Source: Candidatus Omnitrophota bacterium
GTDB taxonomy: Bacteria; Omnitrophota; Gorgyraeia; Duberdicusellales; Duberdicusellaceae
Assembly (NCBI GenBank): GCA_016932855.1
Contig: JAFGCB010000016.1
Span: 554 to 64,553, forward strand
Direction of reading: 5' to 3'
DNA length: 64,000 nucleotides
Shown here one piece after another: positions 38,991 to 48,667 of this stretch; the first letter of the stretch is position 1, and each line of letters begins with the position of its first letter. The notes beneath the pieces were generated by a model, which was given only the letters and a program-made list of their open reading frames with translations, searched no databases and was not told the origin of the DNA. Both the position numbers and the translations under genes were made by a program.

Positions 38991-39004
38991 TGCTCATTAT
39001 CTCC

Positions 39005-40957
39005 TTATTTACCTTTAATCTTAACCGTGGGAAATCTATTTAAATCCGTATGGGGAAAAAAGAGACTCGAGACATATTCATCCATATAGCTGGACTCGAC
39101 ACTTAGCTCGATATAGGTCATCTTCCTGGCGATATTCTCGGATTCATCCTTTGCTTGATACGATAGGAGAATCTCCCGTGAGCCTACCAGAGAGCTGTTG
39201 CCGATAAAAGAAAACCTCTCTCTTTCAAGATCAGGCAAAAGCCCTATAGCGATCGCCTTGTCTATATCAAGATAGGTCCCAAACCCACCGGCTATATAGA
39301 ACTGCTCGACGTCTTTAAATTCCAAGTTCATCTTTCTAAGGAGTATGGAGCTTGCCGAATATATGGCGCCTTTGGAACGTTTCAGGTTATCCAAATCCTC
39401 CTCAGTAATGACTATGTCAAAGTCTACAGCCGCGTCTTTCTTAAAAACAAGGACAAATTCCCTGCTTTCGCCAGAACTGCGGAGCCTGGGCGAAGATATC
39501 TTTTCGGAAAATTTTCCGTTTCTGTCGATGATTCCGCTGGTCAAAAGTTCGGCTAAACAGTCGATATAGCCTGAACCGCATATTCCTTTCGGCTTTGCCT
39601 TACCGATAGTGATAACTTCCACATCATACGTATTCTTATCTATAGCAACTCTCTGAATAGCTCCCTCGGCCGCCCGCATACCGCATTTTACACCGCTGCC
39701 CTCAAAGGCCGGACCGGCTGAAGCAGCGCAGGAAACCATCCACTCTTTGTTGCCCAGAACTATCTCTCCGTTGGTACCTACATCAATGAGTAGGGTGAGT
39801 TTATCTGTCCGGTTGAGGCCGCAGGCAAGGACCCCAGCAGTGATGTCACCTCCTACATAGGTGCTTGTCCCGGGAACACAGGCCAAAAGCCCCCGGGGGT
39901 TTATTTTGATGCCGGCTTCCGCCGCTCGTATCACCGGAACAAAGTTAGCCGTTGAAACATAAGGCTCGCGTCTTATAAATTTAGGATCGACTCTTAAAAG
40001 CAAGTGTATCATAGTAGTATTACCGGCGCACTCCACTGCGTTTACATCGTTTAAATTTATTTTATTGTCATTGACCAATTCTTTAATTATCCCGTTGATA
40101 TTATCAATTACCGCGTGGTGAAGCTTTTCTAGGCCTTCGCTTTCCGAAGCATAGACAATCCTGGTAATTACATCGCTTCCAAACGTTACCTGTTTATTGT
40201 AGGTGCCTTTCGTCCCCAGTATCTCTTTCGTATTAAGATCTACCAGCTGTCCGGTAACAGTGGTAGTGCCGATATCCAGAGCAATGCCGTAGTTTCTAAC
40301 TGAAGTATCTCCCGGCTCAATAGAAACAATCTCTACTGTCTCATTTCGCTTCCCCAAAAGCGCTGTGACCTTCCAATCGCTCTCGCGCAAAAGCCTTCCC
40401 AATCTCTTTATATTGGTAAGACCTGCCTGCATTATTGGGATATCTCTATTCTTCCTGATCGCTCTATAGAGTCGTTCTAGATCGCTTATCGTATCACTAA
40501 GCGTAGGGGGCTTAAGCTCAAGATAAAGCTTTGTCGCCAGAGGGCTGGGCTTAAAAATCCCTTCCTCGACGGTCAATGCCGCCTTACCCAGATCAACTGC
40601 CTGGCTGTACATCCCTTTAAGACGCAGAAGTTTGGCGTCTTCATCGGAAATCTTATCCAGCTCAACACCTGATTCAGGAGGGACTTCCACTTCCACATCA
40701 CTGTGGACAGTCGTCTGGCAGGCCAAAACATACCCTTTTCTTCTTTCATCAAGGGTTATGCGTCCAGAAGGTTCGGTCTTGAATTGTCCTCTTTTCACGA
40801 TAACCTTACACCTGCCGCAGACTCCGTCCCCGCCGCAGCTTGAATTAATATAGACTCCGGCTTCTACAGCCACTGAAAGCAGGTCTCTTCCTTTATTTAC
40901 TTCCAGAGTAGTGGGGTTGGGGTGCAAGAAGGTTACGATACAACTATCCTTATCCAT
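39005..40957 (-). CDS. acsV: Corrinoid reductive activator (RACo, 2Fe-2S + ASKHA)
   Basis: CGGDGVCGRC..LACQ, DIGTTT, GNTTM, DVGTNGE, AGPAFEG, AGGFG. Confidence 0.93.
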   Translation of the reverse strand: MDKDSCIVTFLHPNPTTLEVNKGRDLLSVAVEAGVYINSSCGGDGVCGRCKVIVKRGQFKTEPSGRITLDERRKGYVLACQTTVHSDVEVEVPPESGVELDKISDEDAKLLRLKGMYSQAVDLGKAALTVEEGIFKPSPLATKLYLELKPPTLSDTISDLERLYRAIRKNRDIPIMQAGLTNIKRLGRLLRESDWKVTALLGKRNETVEIVSIEPGDTSVRNYGIALDIGTTTVTGQLVDLNTKEILGTKGTYNKQVTFGSDVITRIVYASESEGLEKLHHAVIDNINGIIKELVNDNKINLNDVNAVECAGNTTMIHLLLRVDPKFIRREPYVSTANFVPVIRAAEAGIKINPRGLLACVPGTSTYVGGDITAGVLACGLNRTDKLTLLIDVGTNGEIVLGNKEWMVSCAASAGPAFEGSGVKCGMRAAEGAIQRVAIDKNTYDVEVITIGKAKPKGICGSGYIDCLAELLTSGIIDRNGKFSEKISSPRLRSSGESREFVLVFKKDAAVDFDIVITEEDLDNLKRSKGAIYSASSILLRKMNLEFKDVEQFYIAGGFGTYLDIDKAIAIGLLPDLERERFSFIGNSSLVGSREILLSYQAKDESENIARKMTYIELSVESSYMDEYVSSLFFPHTDLNRFPTVKIKGK

Positions 40958-40972
40958 TATAAATCTTCTTAT

Positions 40973-41031
40973 GTGCTAGGTGCTAAGTTATTAATATTTA
41001 TCTAGCACCTGGCACTTTGCGCCAGGTGCCT
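40973..41031. repeat. GTGCTAG-family inverted repeat
   Basis: gtgctag gtgctaa gttattaatatttat ctagcac ctggcac. Confidence 0.8.
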
Positions 41032-41049
41032 CTTAAAAATATTTACTCT

Positions 41050-42390
41050 CTATGAATTCTTTAAAGATCGAAGATAGGAAGGTATGCCGGCAGCCTCTTT
41101 AGGCCCGACTTTAACCTTCCAGCCTGATTCTTCTTCTAAAGGAGCGCTTAAGACAGCTACATAACCCGGTATAATCACTTCCTTATGCGAAACCTTATCC
41201 TTTATGCCGCACTCATTTAAAGTCTTGGCGATTGTCTCGGCCGTAAACTTCTCTGCTGCCCAGGCGGTGAGGACACTTAAGCCTTCGGCAAAAGAAGCGA
41301 TTATATAGGCGCCGACCCTGCTTGATTCTACTTCTGACTCGACTGAATAATAACTTAAAGAAAAATTAGTGGTTACAAGCACCGGCGACTTATCGCTTAC
41401 CTGGCCTACTTCATAAACCTTAGCCTCTACCTGGAGGGGCTTCTGGGGATCTGTAAATATATTCTGCCTTAGGGTAAGAATAGGCAAGACCTGCCAGGGC
41501 TCTACTCCTTTCATAATAACAATACTTGCGTATTTAGCTACATAACTTGCGGCCTCAGTTACTTCCTGATAAGGACAAGTAGAGGCGGTTATGGCTATTG
41601 TAGGATACCCCAAAGGTCTAAAAGTCTTCTTTAAGGCCAGCTTTCTTACCTGGGTAAGTTCCTGTATCTTTTTAGGTAAATCTTTATCCTCGCAGTCAAG
41701 CACCAAGTCTTCCACTCCTCTTGCGGTTATTTTCTCAACAAGAACCGCCAATTCATCAAGGGTCTGCGCCTTTACCGCTAAGGGAAGCGAACGTTCCTTG
41801 GCAAGCTCTGCCATTTTTTCGAAGTTATCCTTATCCGCCGCGTAAATTAAAGGACGTCTATCTTTTACAATATCCAGACCCTCTTTCATCACTTCTGGAT
41901 TATCGCTCATTAGCACCAAACCTAAATCTGTCTGGGAGGAAACCCTTTTTACTAGCTCTACAAAGGTTTCCTTATTTGAGCTTGCGCATTTTAAAGCTAT
42001 TAGATCCACCTTGATCTCTTGACCTACCCGTTCAAATTTTAATTTGTTTATGGAAGAGACTTTTTGGCTTACCTCGTCGCTGGTTAAAGTATCTTCGATT
42101 AAAAAACCGAGCCCTGTGGGATGATAAAAAGTCTCCTCGTGGCGGAACATGACTGTTTCGTTGCCCACTTCAAGCTTTTGGTCATCTTTTCCGATACTTA
42201 CAAGCTTAATAGGCGGACGCGAAGCGCTATCAAGAGCAGCTTTGCCGGCTTCGGTAATACGCGGACATTTGCTTAAATCCACCTTCTTAGCGGCAAGCTG
42301 CATGGCAAAAGCAAGACAGGTGGGGAAACCACACTCTTTACAATTAGTCTTAGGCAAATGCTTGTAAATATCCAATCCTGATAAAGCCAT
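41050..42390 (-). CDS. acsC: Corrinoid Fe-S protein large subunit
   Basis: LPKTNCKECGFPTCLAFAM..CP, ETVMFRHE, TDPQKP, TTNFSL, SVLTAWAA. Confidence 0.95.
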   Translation of the reverse strand: MALSGLDIYKHLPKTNCKECGFPTCLAFAMQLAAKKVDLSKCPRITEAGKAALDSASRPPIKLVSIGKDDQKLEVGNETVMFRHEETFYHPTGLGFLIEDTLTSDEVSQKVSSINKLKFERVGQEIKVDLIALKCASSNKETFVELVKRVSSQTDLGLVLMSDNPEVMKEGLDIVKDRRPLIYAADKDNFEKMAELAKERSLPLAVKAQTLDELAVLVEKITARGVEDLVLDCEDKDLPKKIQELTQVRKLALKKTFRPLGYPTIAITASTCPYQEVTEAASYVAKYASIVIMKGVEPWQVLPILTLRQNIFTDPQKPLQVEAKVYEVGQVSDKSPVLVTTNFSLSYYSVESEVESSRVGAYIIASFAEGLSVLTAWAAEKFTAETIAKTLNECGIKDKVSHKEVIIPGYVAVLSAPLEEESGWKVKVGPKEAAGIPSYLRSLKNS

Positions 42391-42409
42391 ATATCCTCCT
42401 TATATGTCT

Positions 42410-42562
42410 TAACCTATTGTCAAAATCTTAATCTTAATATTAGTAAGTCAAAACTCAAAAGGCAAAACTCAAAATTTCAAGTTAAAATCCAAAATTTTTA
42501 AAAATCCTGATATTTTAAATGTTTTTTAAAAGGCCTGAAGTCTTTAGTCTTAAGTCTATGGT
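42410..42562. repeat. TCAAAA-family half element plus AGTCTT units
   Basis: aacctattgtcaaaa..tcaaaac tcaaaag gcaaaac tcaaaat ttcaa (cf. 26395); agtcttt agtctta agtctat ggtt near the acsB stop. Confidence 0.7.
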
Positions 42563-42565
42563 TTA

Positions 42566-44743
42566 TTATAATAATGCTTCCAAGCTTAATGCCGGGTGGC
42601 CTACTTTTTCTAAATGGGCAAGTAACTCCTCAGAGGTAGTGGCTTGCGTCTCGTCAGCGATTTTATTTATAAGGTCGGGGTCACCTTCTTCTTCGCATCT
42701 TTTCTTAAGTTTTTCACCCAGAGTCTCCTTAAGCTCCTTGGGCATCCAGACGACTCTTTTTAATCCTCCTTCAGCGGAGATAAATTTCTTGCTTACCAGA
42801 TACAGCCTTCCCACGCCCATAAAACCCGGGGTCTGGGCCCCTCCGCCCACAGAGCCGGCTAAAGTAGAGAAGCTCATCCCGCAGGGAGTCATGCCGGCAT
42901 ATTCCCGGTTTACAACCATAAACCCGTTAGCTTCCGGTAAAATTGCTATAATACACTCAAAGCAACCGCAAGAAGTTTCAGGAAAAGTAACTATGGAATA
43001 ACCGTGAAATCTCTCTAAGGTCTTATTTGACTTCTGATATACAAAATCATTTATGCCTTGCCATTCACCTCTTTTAGGATCAAGACACTCGCCCTTCTTA
43101 ACCGGCTGATTAGGGCCTGAAGGATTGAGCTCAAATGAAGCCTTGGCATCAAGCCAAGTATAAGCCCCGCATAAACCTAACCGCTCAGGCTTAACAATAC
43201 AAAGATGATTAGGCGCAAATGATTGACAAAGGGTGCATGAATAAAACGTATCCACGCTCTCATCAGTCATACCGGCCATTCGCTCATCGCGCTCCTGATA
43301 AGCCTTCTTTGCCTCTAATATTACTTTTTCTACGTCTTCCTTCTTAGTATAAATTGTTACCTGAACCTTATCAATAATAGCACCGAAGGTATCATGGAGC
43401 CTGGCGTGAAGAATAACCCCAAAATGTTTTATTTTAAATCCTTTATTCTTGGCGTCCTTACTTATCCGCATCCAGCACATATTGCGCTGGCCCATATGAA
43501 AAATACCCATGGCCTCGTTTAAAAAGGTATGGACTTGCCGTTCTAAAATTGGCTCAAAATCTTTCTGCATCTTTCGCCCGGCAACTTCCACTAAAATCCC
43601 TAAGGGCATGGCTGCGCCTTCCTTGCAGTCATCAACTTCAGGGCCGATAACTTCTATCTTTGCGTCTTCAACCTCATCCAGCTTCTTGCTGGTTACCCAT
43701 TCAAAAGCCTCTGAATATTTGCCTCCGAACTGGCAGTACATCTGCTCGCGCCTTACCCGCTCGCCCTCAAAAGCGGCTGAATAGGAAACAGGAATAGGGA
43801 TCTCAGACATCTTAACCTTTACTCCCCGGGTCTCTAAGCAGGTAGATACTACTTTCTTATAATCCAGCTCTTTTATCAGGTGTTCATAGGTGCAAATCCC
43901 GGTCGGCCGTATCTCAGGGATATCAGTATCAGCGATAATAGGAAATCCCATATTGATAGCGCCAGCGCCGGTGGCGTATTTTATATCGTCAAGCTCTCCC
44001 AGAGTAAGCCCAAAAGCAAAAACCCTGTTTTTGCAATATTCAAGACACTGACGGGCCTGACCTTTTTTAAGCCCTCCGAAGGTAAGAGCCGAGCGTATGG
44101 CCCAGTTTAAAGGATAAATACCGGTTATGGTATCTCTTCCGAAAGGAACAATATAGGTCTCCCAGCCCATCTCCACATTCTCCTCTAAGAGCTGATCAAT
44201 GATGCTTTTACCTTTTGTGTTTGAACCCACAAAAGACATGATATTTCTCTTCTGGAATTCTCTTACTATCTCCACTGCGGTCTTATTATCAGGGGCGGCA
44301 CCGAGAATAGCCGCAAAACCCGGCATGCGTCCGTCGACTAACTGGATACCGAAATTTCTCATCCAGGTATCAGTATAAAAACCTATACAATCAGATTGAG
44401 GCTCCTGATTATAAAGATAGCGCAAGGCAACGATCATCTCTTCCGCAAACAGGGCTGCCACGCCTGAATCCAAGGCATCTCCTAAATAGGGAAGCCAAAG
44501 ACTTTCGCTGGGCTCATTATGCAAAAGGCTCTTGGCCTCGGATAAAACCAGGATCATGTCTTTAAGAGTCTTTACCTCCAGGCCCAGAAGTGCGTAAGCC
44601 AGGGGCAGGTAGAAGGCGGTTTCCGGAAAAGCCACCGTCTGGGTTTCACCTTTTTCCTTAATGGCTTTATGTAAAAAATCTTCCGCTTCTTTGACTAATA
44701 TCTTCGCCCCGCGTATAGCTGAAGCAGCTACTATTTTAGACAT
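42566..44743 (-). CDS. acsB: Acetyl-CoA synthase (bacterial type)
   Basis: FPETAFYLP, SAAFEGERVR, YSCTLCQSFAPNHLC, GLCGA, TSCGCFEC, GGGAQTPGF; start set at MSKIVAAS. Confidence 0.96.
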   Translation of the reverse strand: MSKIVAASAIRGAKILVKEAEDFLHKAIKEKGETQTVAFPETAFYLPLAYALLGLEVKTLKDMILVLSEAKSLLHNEPSESLWLPYLGDALDSGVAALFAEEMIVALRYLYNQEPQSDCIGFYTDTWMRNFGIQLVDGRMPGFAAILGAAPDNKTAVEIVREFQKRNIMSFVGSNTKGKSIIDQLLEENVEMGWETYIVPFGRDTITGIYPLNWAIRSALTFGGLKKGQARQCLEYCKNRVFAFGLTLGELDDIKYATGAGAINMGFPIIADTDIPEIRPTGICTYEHLIKELDYKKVVSTCLETRGVKVKMSEIPIPVSYSAAFEGERVRREQMYCQFGGKYSEAFEWVTSKKLDEVEDAKIEVIGPEVDDCKEGAAMPLGILVEVAGRKMQKDFEPILERQVHTFLNEAMGIFHMGQRNMCWMRISKDAKNKGFKIKHFGVILHARLHDTFGAIIDKVQVTIYTKKEDVEKVILEAKKAYQERDERMAGMTDESVDTFYSCTLCQSFAPNHLCIVKPERLGLCGAYTWLDAKASFELNPSGPNQPVKKGECLDPKRGEWQGINDFVYQKSNKTLERFHGYSIVTFPETSCGCFECIIAILPEANGFMVVNREYAGMTPCGMSFSTLAGSVGGGAQTPGFMGVGRLYLVSKKFISAEGGLKRVVWMPKELKETLGEKLKKRCEEEGDPDLINKIADETQATTSEELLAHLEKVGHPALSLEALL

Positions 44744-44757
44744 TAAAAACCTCCGCT

Positions 44758-46053
44758 TTAAACCAATCTTCCTTCTATGGAAACACTCATACTGAAAGTT
44801 TTCTCTTTCTCGGGAATCAGGTCTTTTACCTGAGCGTACCCGAACCAATCTTCTAAGAGAAGATCTTTAATTTTTGATATGTCTATTTTTTCTTTTATTA
44901 AAGACAGATAGACCCCGGCATTAGTGAATCTTCCCACCCGGATAAAACCGACCAACTTCTTATCTTTTATGACCGCTCTTTTGTAAGTAGAATTTTCAGG
45001 GTCATTGACTGCTATTTCATCGAATCCAGCTTTACCTTCTTCGGGTATCCGGTGAATACCCAAAGAAACTACCGGCAGACCGAAAAACTCTACGGAATTT
45101 TCGGCCAGGGATCCATCATACGATGTCTTTTTCCCGGCCATGTTCAATCCGGCTATCCTGCCTTGCAGAGATGCGGCGCTCCATAAAGCGTTTATCGTAG
45201 TCTGACCTAAAGCCACGTCGTAGGTCTCGGCGCAATCACCGGCGGCAAAAATACCTTTAAGATTAGTCTCAAGATGCTCATTAGTCAATACTCCCCAATG
45301 TGTCTTTATCCCCGAATCTTTCAGCCAGTCCGTGTTCGCGGCCACGCCTTTTCCTACGACCACGATATCGCAGACGCGTTCCTGGCCATCGTCAAGCACC
45401 ACCGACTCCACCTTGTCTTTGCCGACTATCTCTTTCGCGGCCAGACCGGTATGTATCAATATCCCGTTCTTTTCCAAATGCCTCCTTAATATCAAAGCCG
45501 CTTTTTCATCTATTACCTGGCTCATAAGGGCTTTCGACTTTACTATCACCTCAACATCCAAGCCTTGCTTAGCAAGCCCGTAAGCAGCCTTAAGCCCCAC
45601 CAGACCTCCTCCTAAAACCAGCGCTCTCTTTGCGGTCTTAGAAAGTTTAAGCAAGGCCTCGGCGTCATCTAAGGTCCTGAACGTATATACCCCGGGTTTC
45701 TTTTCGCCGGGTAAACCTAAAGGCTTAGGATAACCGCCAGTGGCAAGCAATAATGTATCAAAGACGACCTCTTGCTTGTTTTCTAGAATGACTTTCTTTT
45801 TCTCAGGCAAAAGTCTAATAGCTTTTTTTCCCAATAAAGTATTTGCCTTCATCCTTTCGTAAAAATCGCCAGGGCGCAAAAATAAATCTTTCTTCTGCTT
45901 AAGCCCTGCTAGGTAGTACGAAATAAGGCAACGGCCGTAAACAGGATAGCTCTCATCGGAAATAACCGTTATCTGTCCTTTTTTATCTTGGGCTCTAATC
46001 GCTTCCAAAGCATTGAGGCCTGCCGCGCAATTACCGATTATTACGTAATTCAT
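44758..46053 (-). CDS. FAD-dependent NAD(P)H oxidoreductase (NirB/FNOR-like)
   Basis: IIGNCAAG, LATG, GGGLVG, FAAGDCA. Confidence 0.9.
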   Translation of the reverse strand: MNYVIIGNCAAGLNALEAIRAQDKKGQITVISDESYPVYGRCLISYYLAGLKQKKDLFLRPGDFYERMKANTLLGKKAIRLLPEKKKVILENKQEVVFDTLLLATGGYPKPLGLPGEKKPGVYTFRTLDDAEALLKLSKTAKRALVLGGGLVGLKAAYGLAKQGLDVEVIVKSKALMSQVIDEKAALILRRHLEKNGILIHTGLAAKEIVGKDKVESVVLDDGQERVCDIVVVGKGVAANTDWLKDSGIKTHWGVLTNEHLETNLKGIFAAGDCAETYDVALGQTTINALWSAASLQGRIAGLNMAGKKTSYDGSLAENSVEFFGLPVVSLGIHRIPEEGKAGFDEIAVNDPENSTYKRAVIKDKKLVGFIRVGRFTNAGVYLSLIKEKIDISKIKDLLLEDWFGYAQVKDLIPEKEKTFSMSVSIEGRLV

Positions 46054-46565
46054 TTCTTTTCTTTGCTCCTCCCAATCCTCTCCTTAAACTCTTCCAATGT
46101 CCCAAGGAACAAACAACCCGTAGGACAAGCTTGAACACAGGCCGGCTCAGCGGTCTCGATACAAAAATCACATTTAAGACTTACCTTCTTATCTTTATCC
46201 ATGATAAGGGCGCCGAAAGGACAGGACATAATACACATACCGCAACCAACACATCTATCCTTGTCGATGGTCACCATACCGGTCCGCTCATCCCTGGTGA
46301 TTGCCGCGCTCATGCATGCCAATACGCAGGCCGGCTCGTCACAGTGCCGACATTGCAGAGGGTACGAACCCTCTTTGGTGACCTGCACGAAGACTCTCTT
46401 CTTGGGCCGGGGCTCCTCCCGGATTGCCAGGAATACATTTTTTTCCTGAGAATGGGCGACGGCACAGGCTATTTCGCAGGATTTGCACCCCACGCACCTG
46501 GCGATATCACAATAAATCCTTATCTGCGCATTGGTCTTTTTATTTTCCGCTTTTATCTTGGCCAT
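46050..46565 (-). CDS. cooF: CooF-type 4x[4Fe-4S] protein
   Basis: CVGCKSCEIAC, CRHCDEPACVLAC, CVGCGMCIMSCP, KCDFC..PACVQACP. Confidence 0.9.
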   Translation of the reverse strand: MAKIKAENKKTNAQIRIYCDIARCVGCKSCEIACAVAHSQEKNVFLAIREEPRPKKRVFVQVTKEGSYPLQCRHCDEPACVLACMSAAITRDERTGMVTIDKDRCVGCGMCIMSCPFGALIMDKDKKVSLKCDFCIETAEPACVQACPTGCLFLGTLEEFKERIGRSKEKK

Positions 46566-46594
46566 AAGGTCCTACTTTCGTGGAAGAATCGGTC

Positions 46595-48529
46595 TTAAGC
46601 CTTTGTCGCGGCCTCAGGGGCCCGAGCATACATAAGAGGCGCCAGCTTCAAAGCCTGCCTTTTCTTATCGATGTGAGCTATCATCATCCGGGCTGCTTTA
46701 ACAGGGTCTTGCTCAAAAGCAAACTTACCTCCCACGATATTCTCAAGTTCACCGGTTAGATAATCGGTCACCTTTTTACTTCCTAAGACCGGCAGGGGCG
46801 TACCAAACACAGTATACACACCGCTTCCTACAAAGTAGGAGCCGATGGAAACCGCTTTTTCACTCATCCATTCCGGAGCAGCGCCAGCCGCCGGAAGATC
46901 ACTGATATCTTCGCCTAAGCCGCCTTCGGCGACTACAGAAGCAAGAATAAGTAGTATCCTGGAATTATCGACACAGGAACCCACATGCAATACCGGCGGA
47001 ATCCCCACTGCTTCACATATTTCACGCAAACCTTCACCTGCGTATTCAAGAGCGCTCTCAGGGGTAAGAAGCCCTTCTTTAGCGCAAGCGATAGCTGAGC
47101 AGCCGGTCTGAACAACCAAAACATCGTTCTTTAAGAGCTCCTTAACCATAGCAACATGAGCCCAGTCATGTTTTATATTAGGATTATTGCAGCCTACTAC
47201 ACCGGCTGCTCCTCTTAACCTGCCTGAAATTATAGCGTCATTTAATGGACGTAGGGTAAAGCGGTATTTCCCGCCAAGGATTCGAAAAGCATTCTCTGTG
47301 GTAAATCCAGCGACTAAACCTTTGATCTCAGGAGGGATATCCACTCGCTCTTTGACTCTGTTTTTGTAATTCTCCACGCCGAGTCTTATAATCTGCTTGG
47401 CGATTTGAAAAGCTTTCTCTTCCTTAAATTCGATGTGTTCTACGCCAGGGAATTTGCATTTCGGCGAAGTAGTGACGAGTTTCGTATGGAAGCAATTAGC
47501 CACGCTGGAAAGCGCCGGCATAATACACTGGACATCGACCATCATAAGTTCTACCGAGCCTGTTAAAATAGCTAATTCTTGCTGCAGAAAATTACCCGCC
47601 GAAGGAAAACCATGCCGCATTAACAACTCATTAGCCGTACAACACATACCCACTAAATTTATCCCCTCTGCGCCGTATTTCTTCGCCAAGTCCAACAACT
47701 CTTTGTCTTTGGCAGCATCGGCAACCACATCGGAAAGCGTAGGTTCATGGCCATGAACAACAATATTAACCTGATTTTCTTTTAATACACCTAAATTAAC
47801 TGTCGCTCTAATCGGTTCAGGCGCGCCAAATAAAATGTCTGAAAGTTCGGTAGCAATCATTGAACCGCCCCAACCGTCGCCAAGCGCGGCTCTTAGCCCA
47901 TGATTAATTACGTTTTTATAATCGTTGTCAACTCCTATATGGGTCCTGTGCATTATCTCAACGATCTCTCTGTCGATACCCCGGGGCATCATACTGAACT
48001 TCCTCCAGATAGCCTGTCGTTTCGCGGGAGCAAGGCTTGTATACTTTAATTCCCCATGCTGCTGGCCGAACTCGGAAAGACACTTGTCTCCTAATTCCTG
48101 GCCTATACTCTGGGTATCTTTGCCCGCAATATCTATTCCGTAAACTTGCGCTGTCTTTTTAAGCTTCTGGGTGCCCTTTAAATGATAATCGTGGGCCTGG
48201 CCAGAAGCCGCCAGGATCAATGCATGGGCAATATCGCGGCCGTGATCTGAATGAGCCGCGGCCCCGGAAGCGATCATCCTCACGAAATTCCTCGCCACAA
48301 TAGTATCGACCGAAGCTCCGCAGATACCGGTCTGGGGACCCTCTCCAAAAGGATCTATTCTGCAAGGACCCATATTACAAATCTTACAGCATATCCCCAG
48401 CTCCCCGAAGCCACACTGCGGCTGCATTGCATCGTATCTATCCCATACGATATCTATATTTTCATCCTGAGCCTTATTTATCATCTTTTGACTTGCCGGA
48501 TCATAGGAACGTTCTTCTGCTTTAGCCAT
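46595..48529 (-). CDS. cooS: Ni,Fe carbon monoxide dehydrogenase catalytic subunit
   Basis: QCGFG..GICCKICNMGPC, HSDH, HGHEP, GMCCTANE, DVQC, VGCNN, TGC, GSCVDN, EWMSEKA. Confidence 0.97.
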   Translation of the reverse strand: MAKAEERSYDPASQKMINKAQDENIDIVWDRYDAMQPQCGFGELGICCKICNMGPCRIDPFGEGPQTGICGASVDTIVARNFVRMIASGAAAHSDHGRDIAHALILAASGQAHDYHLKGTQKLKKTAQVYGIDIAGKDTQSIGQELGDKCLSEFGQQHGELKYTSLAPAKRQAIWRKFSMMPRGIDREIVEIMHRTHIGVDNDYKNVINHGLRAALGDGWGGSMIATELSDILFGAPEPIRATVNLGVLKENQVNIVVHGHEPTLSDVVADAAKDKELLDLAKKYGAEGINLVGMCCTANELLMRHGFPSAGNFLQQELAILTGSVELMMVDVQCIMPALSSVANCFHTKLVTTSPKCKFPGVEHIEFKEEKAFQIAKQIIRLGVENYKNRVKERVDIPPEIKGLVAGFTTENAFRILGGKYRFTLRPLNDAIISGRLRGAAGVVGCNNPNIKHDWAHVAMVKELLKNDVLVVQTGCSAIACAKEGLLTPESALEYAGEGLREICEAVGIPPVLHVGSCVDNSRILLILASVVAEGGLGEDISDLPAAGAAPEWMSEKAVSIGSYFVGSGVYTVFGTPLPVLGSKKVTDYLTGELENIVGGKFAFEQDPVKAARMMIAHIDKKRQALKLAPLMYARAPEAATKA

Positions 48530-48565
48530 ATTAATCTCCTTTGCTTGATCGTTGTTTCTGCTTAT

Positions 48566-48666
48566 AACACTAATTTACGCGAATCAAAGGACGCTAATTT
48601 TCGCGAATACTATTAGCGGTAATTTCTCATACACTCGCTGTAATTTACGTCCTAATCTGTAATCTT
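48566..48666. repeat. Period-~9 degenerate inverted repeat
   Basis: cactaattt acgcgaat..cgctaattt tcgcgaat ... attagcggta attt..actcgctgta attt. Confidence 0.6.
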
Positions 48667-48667
48667 C

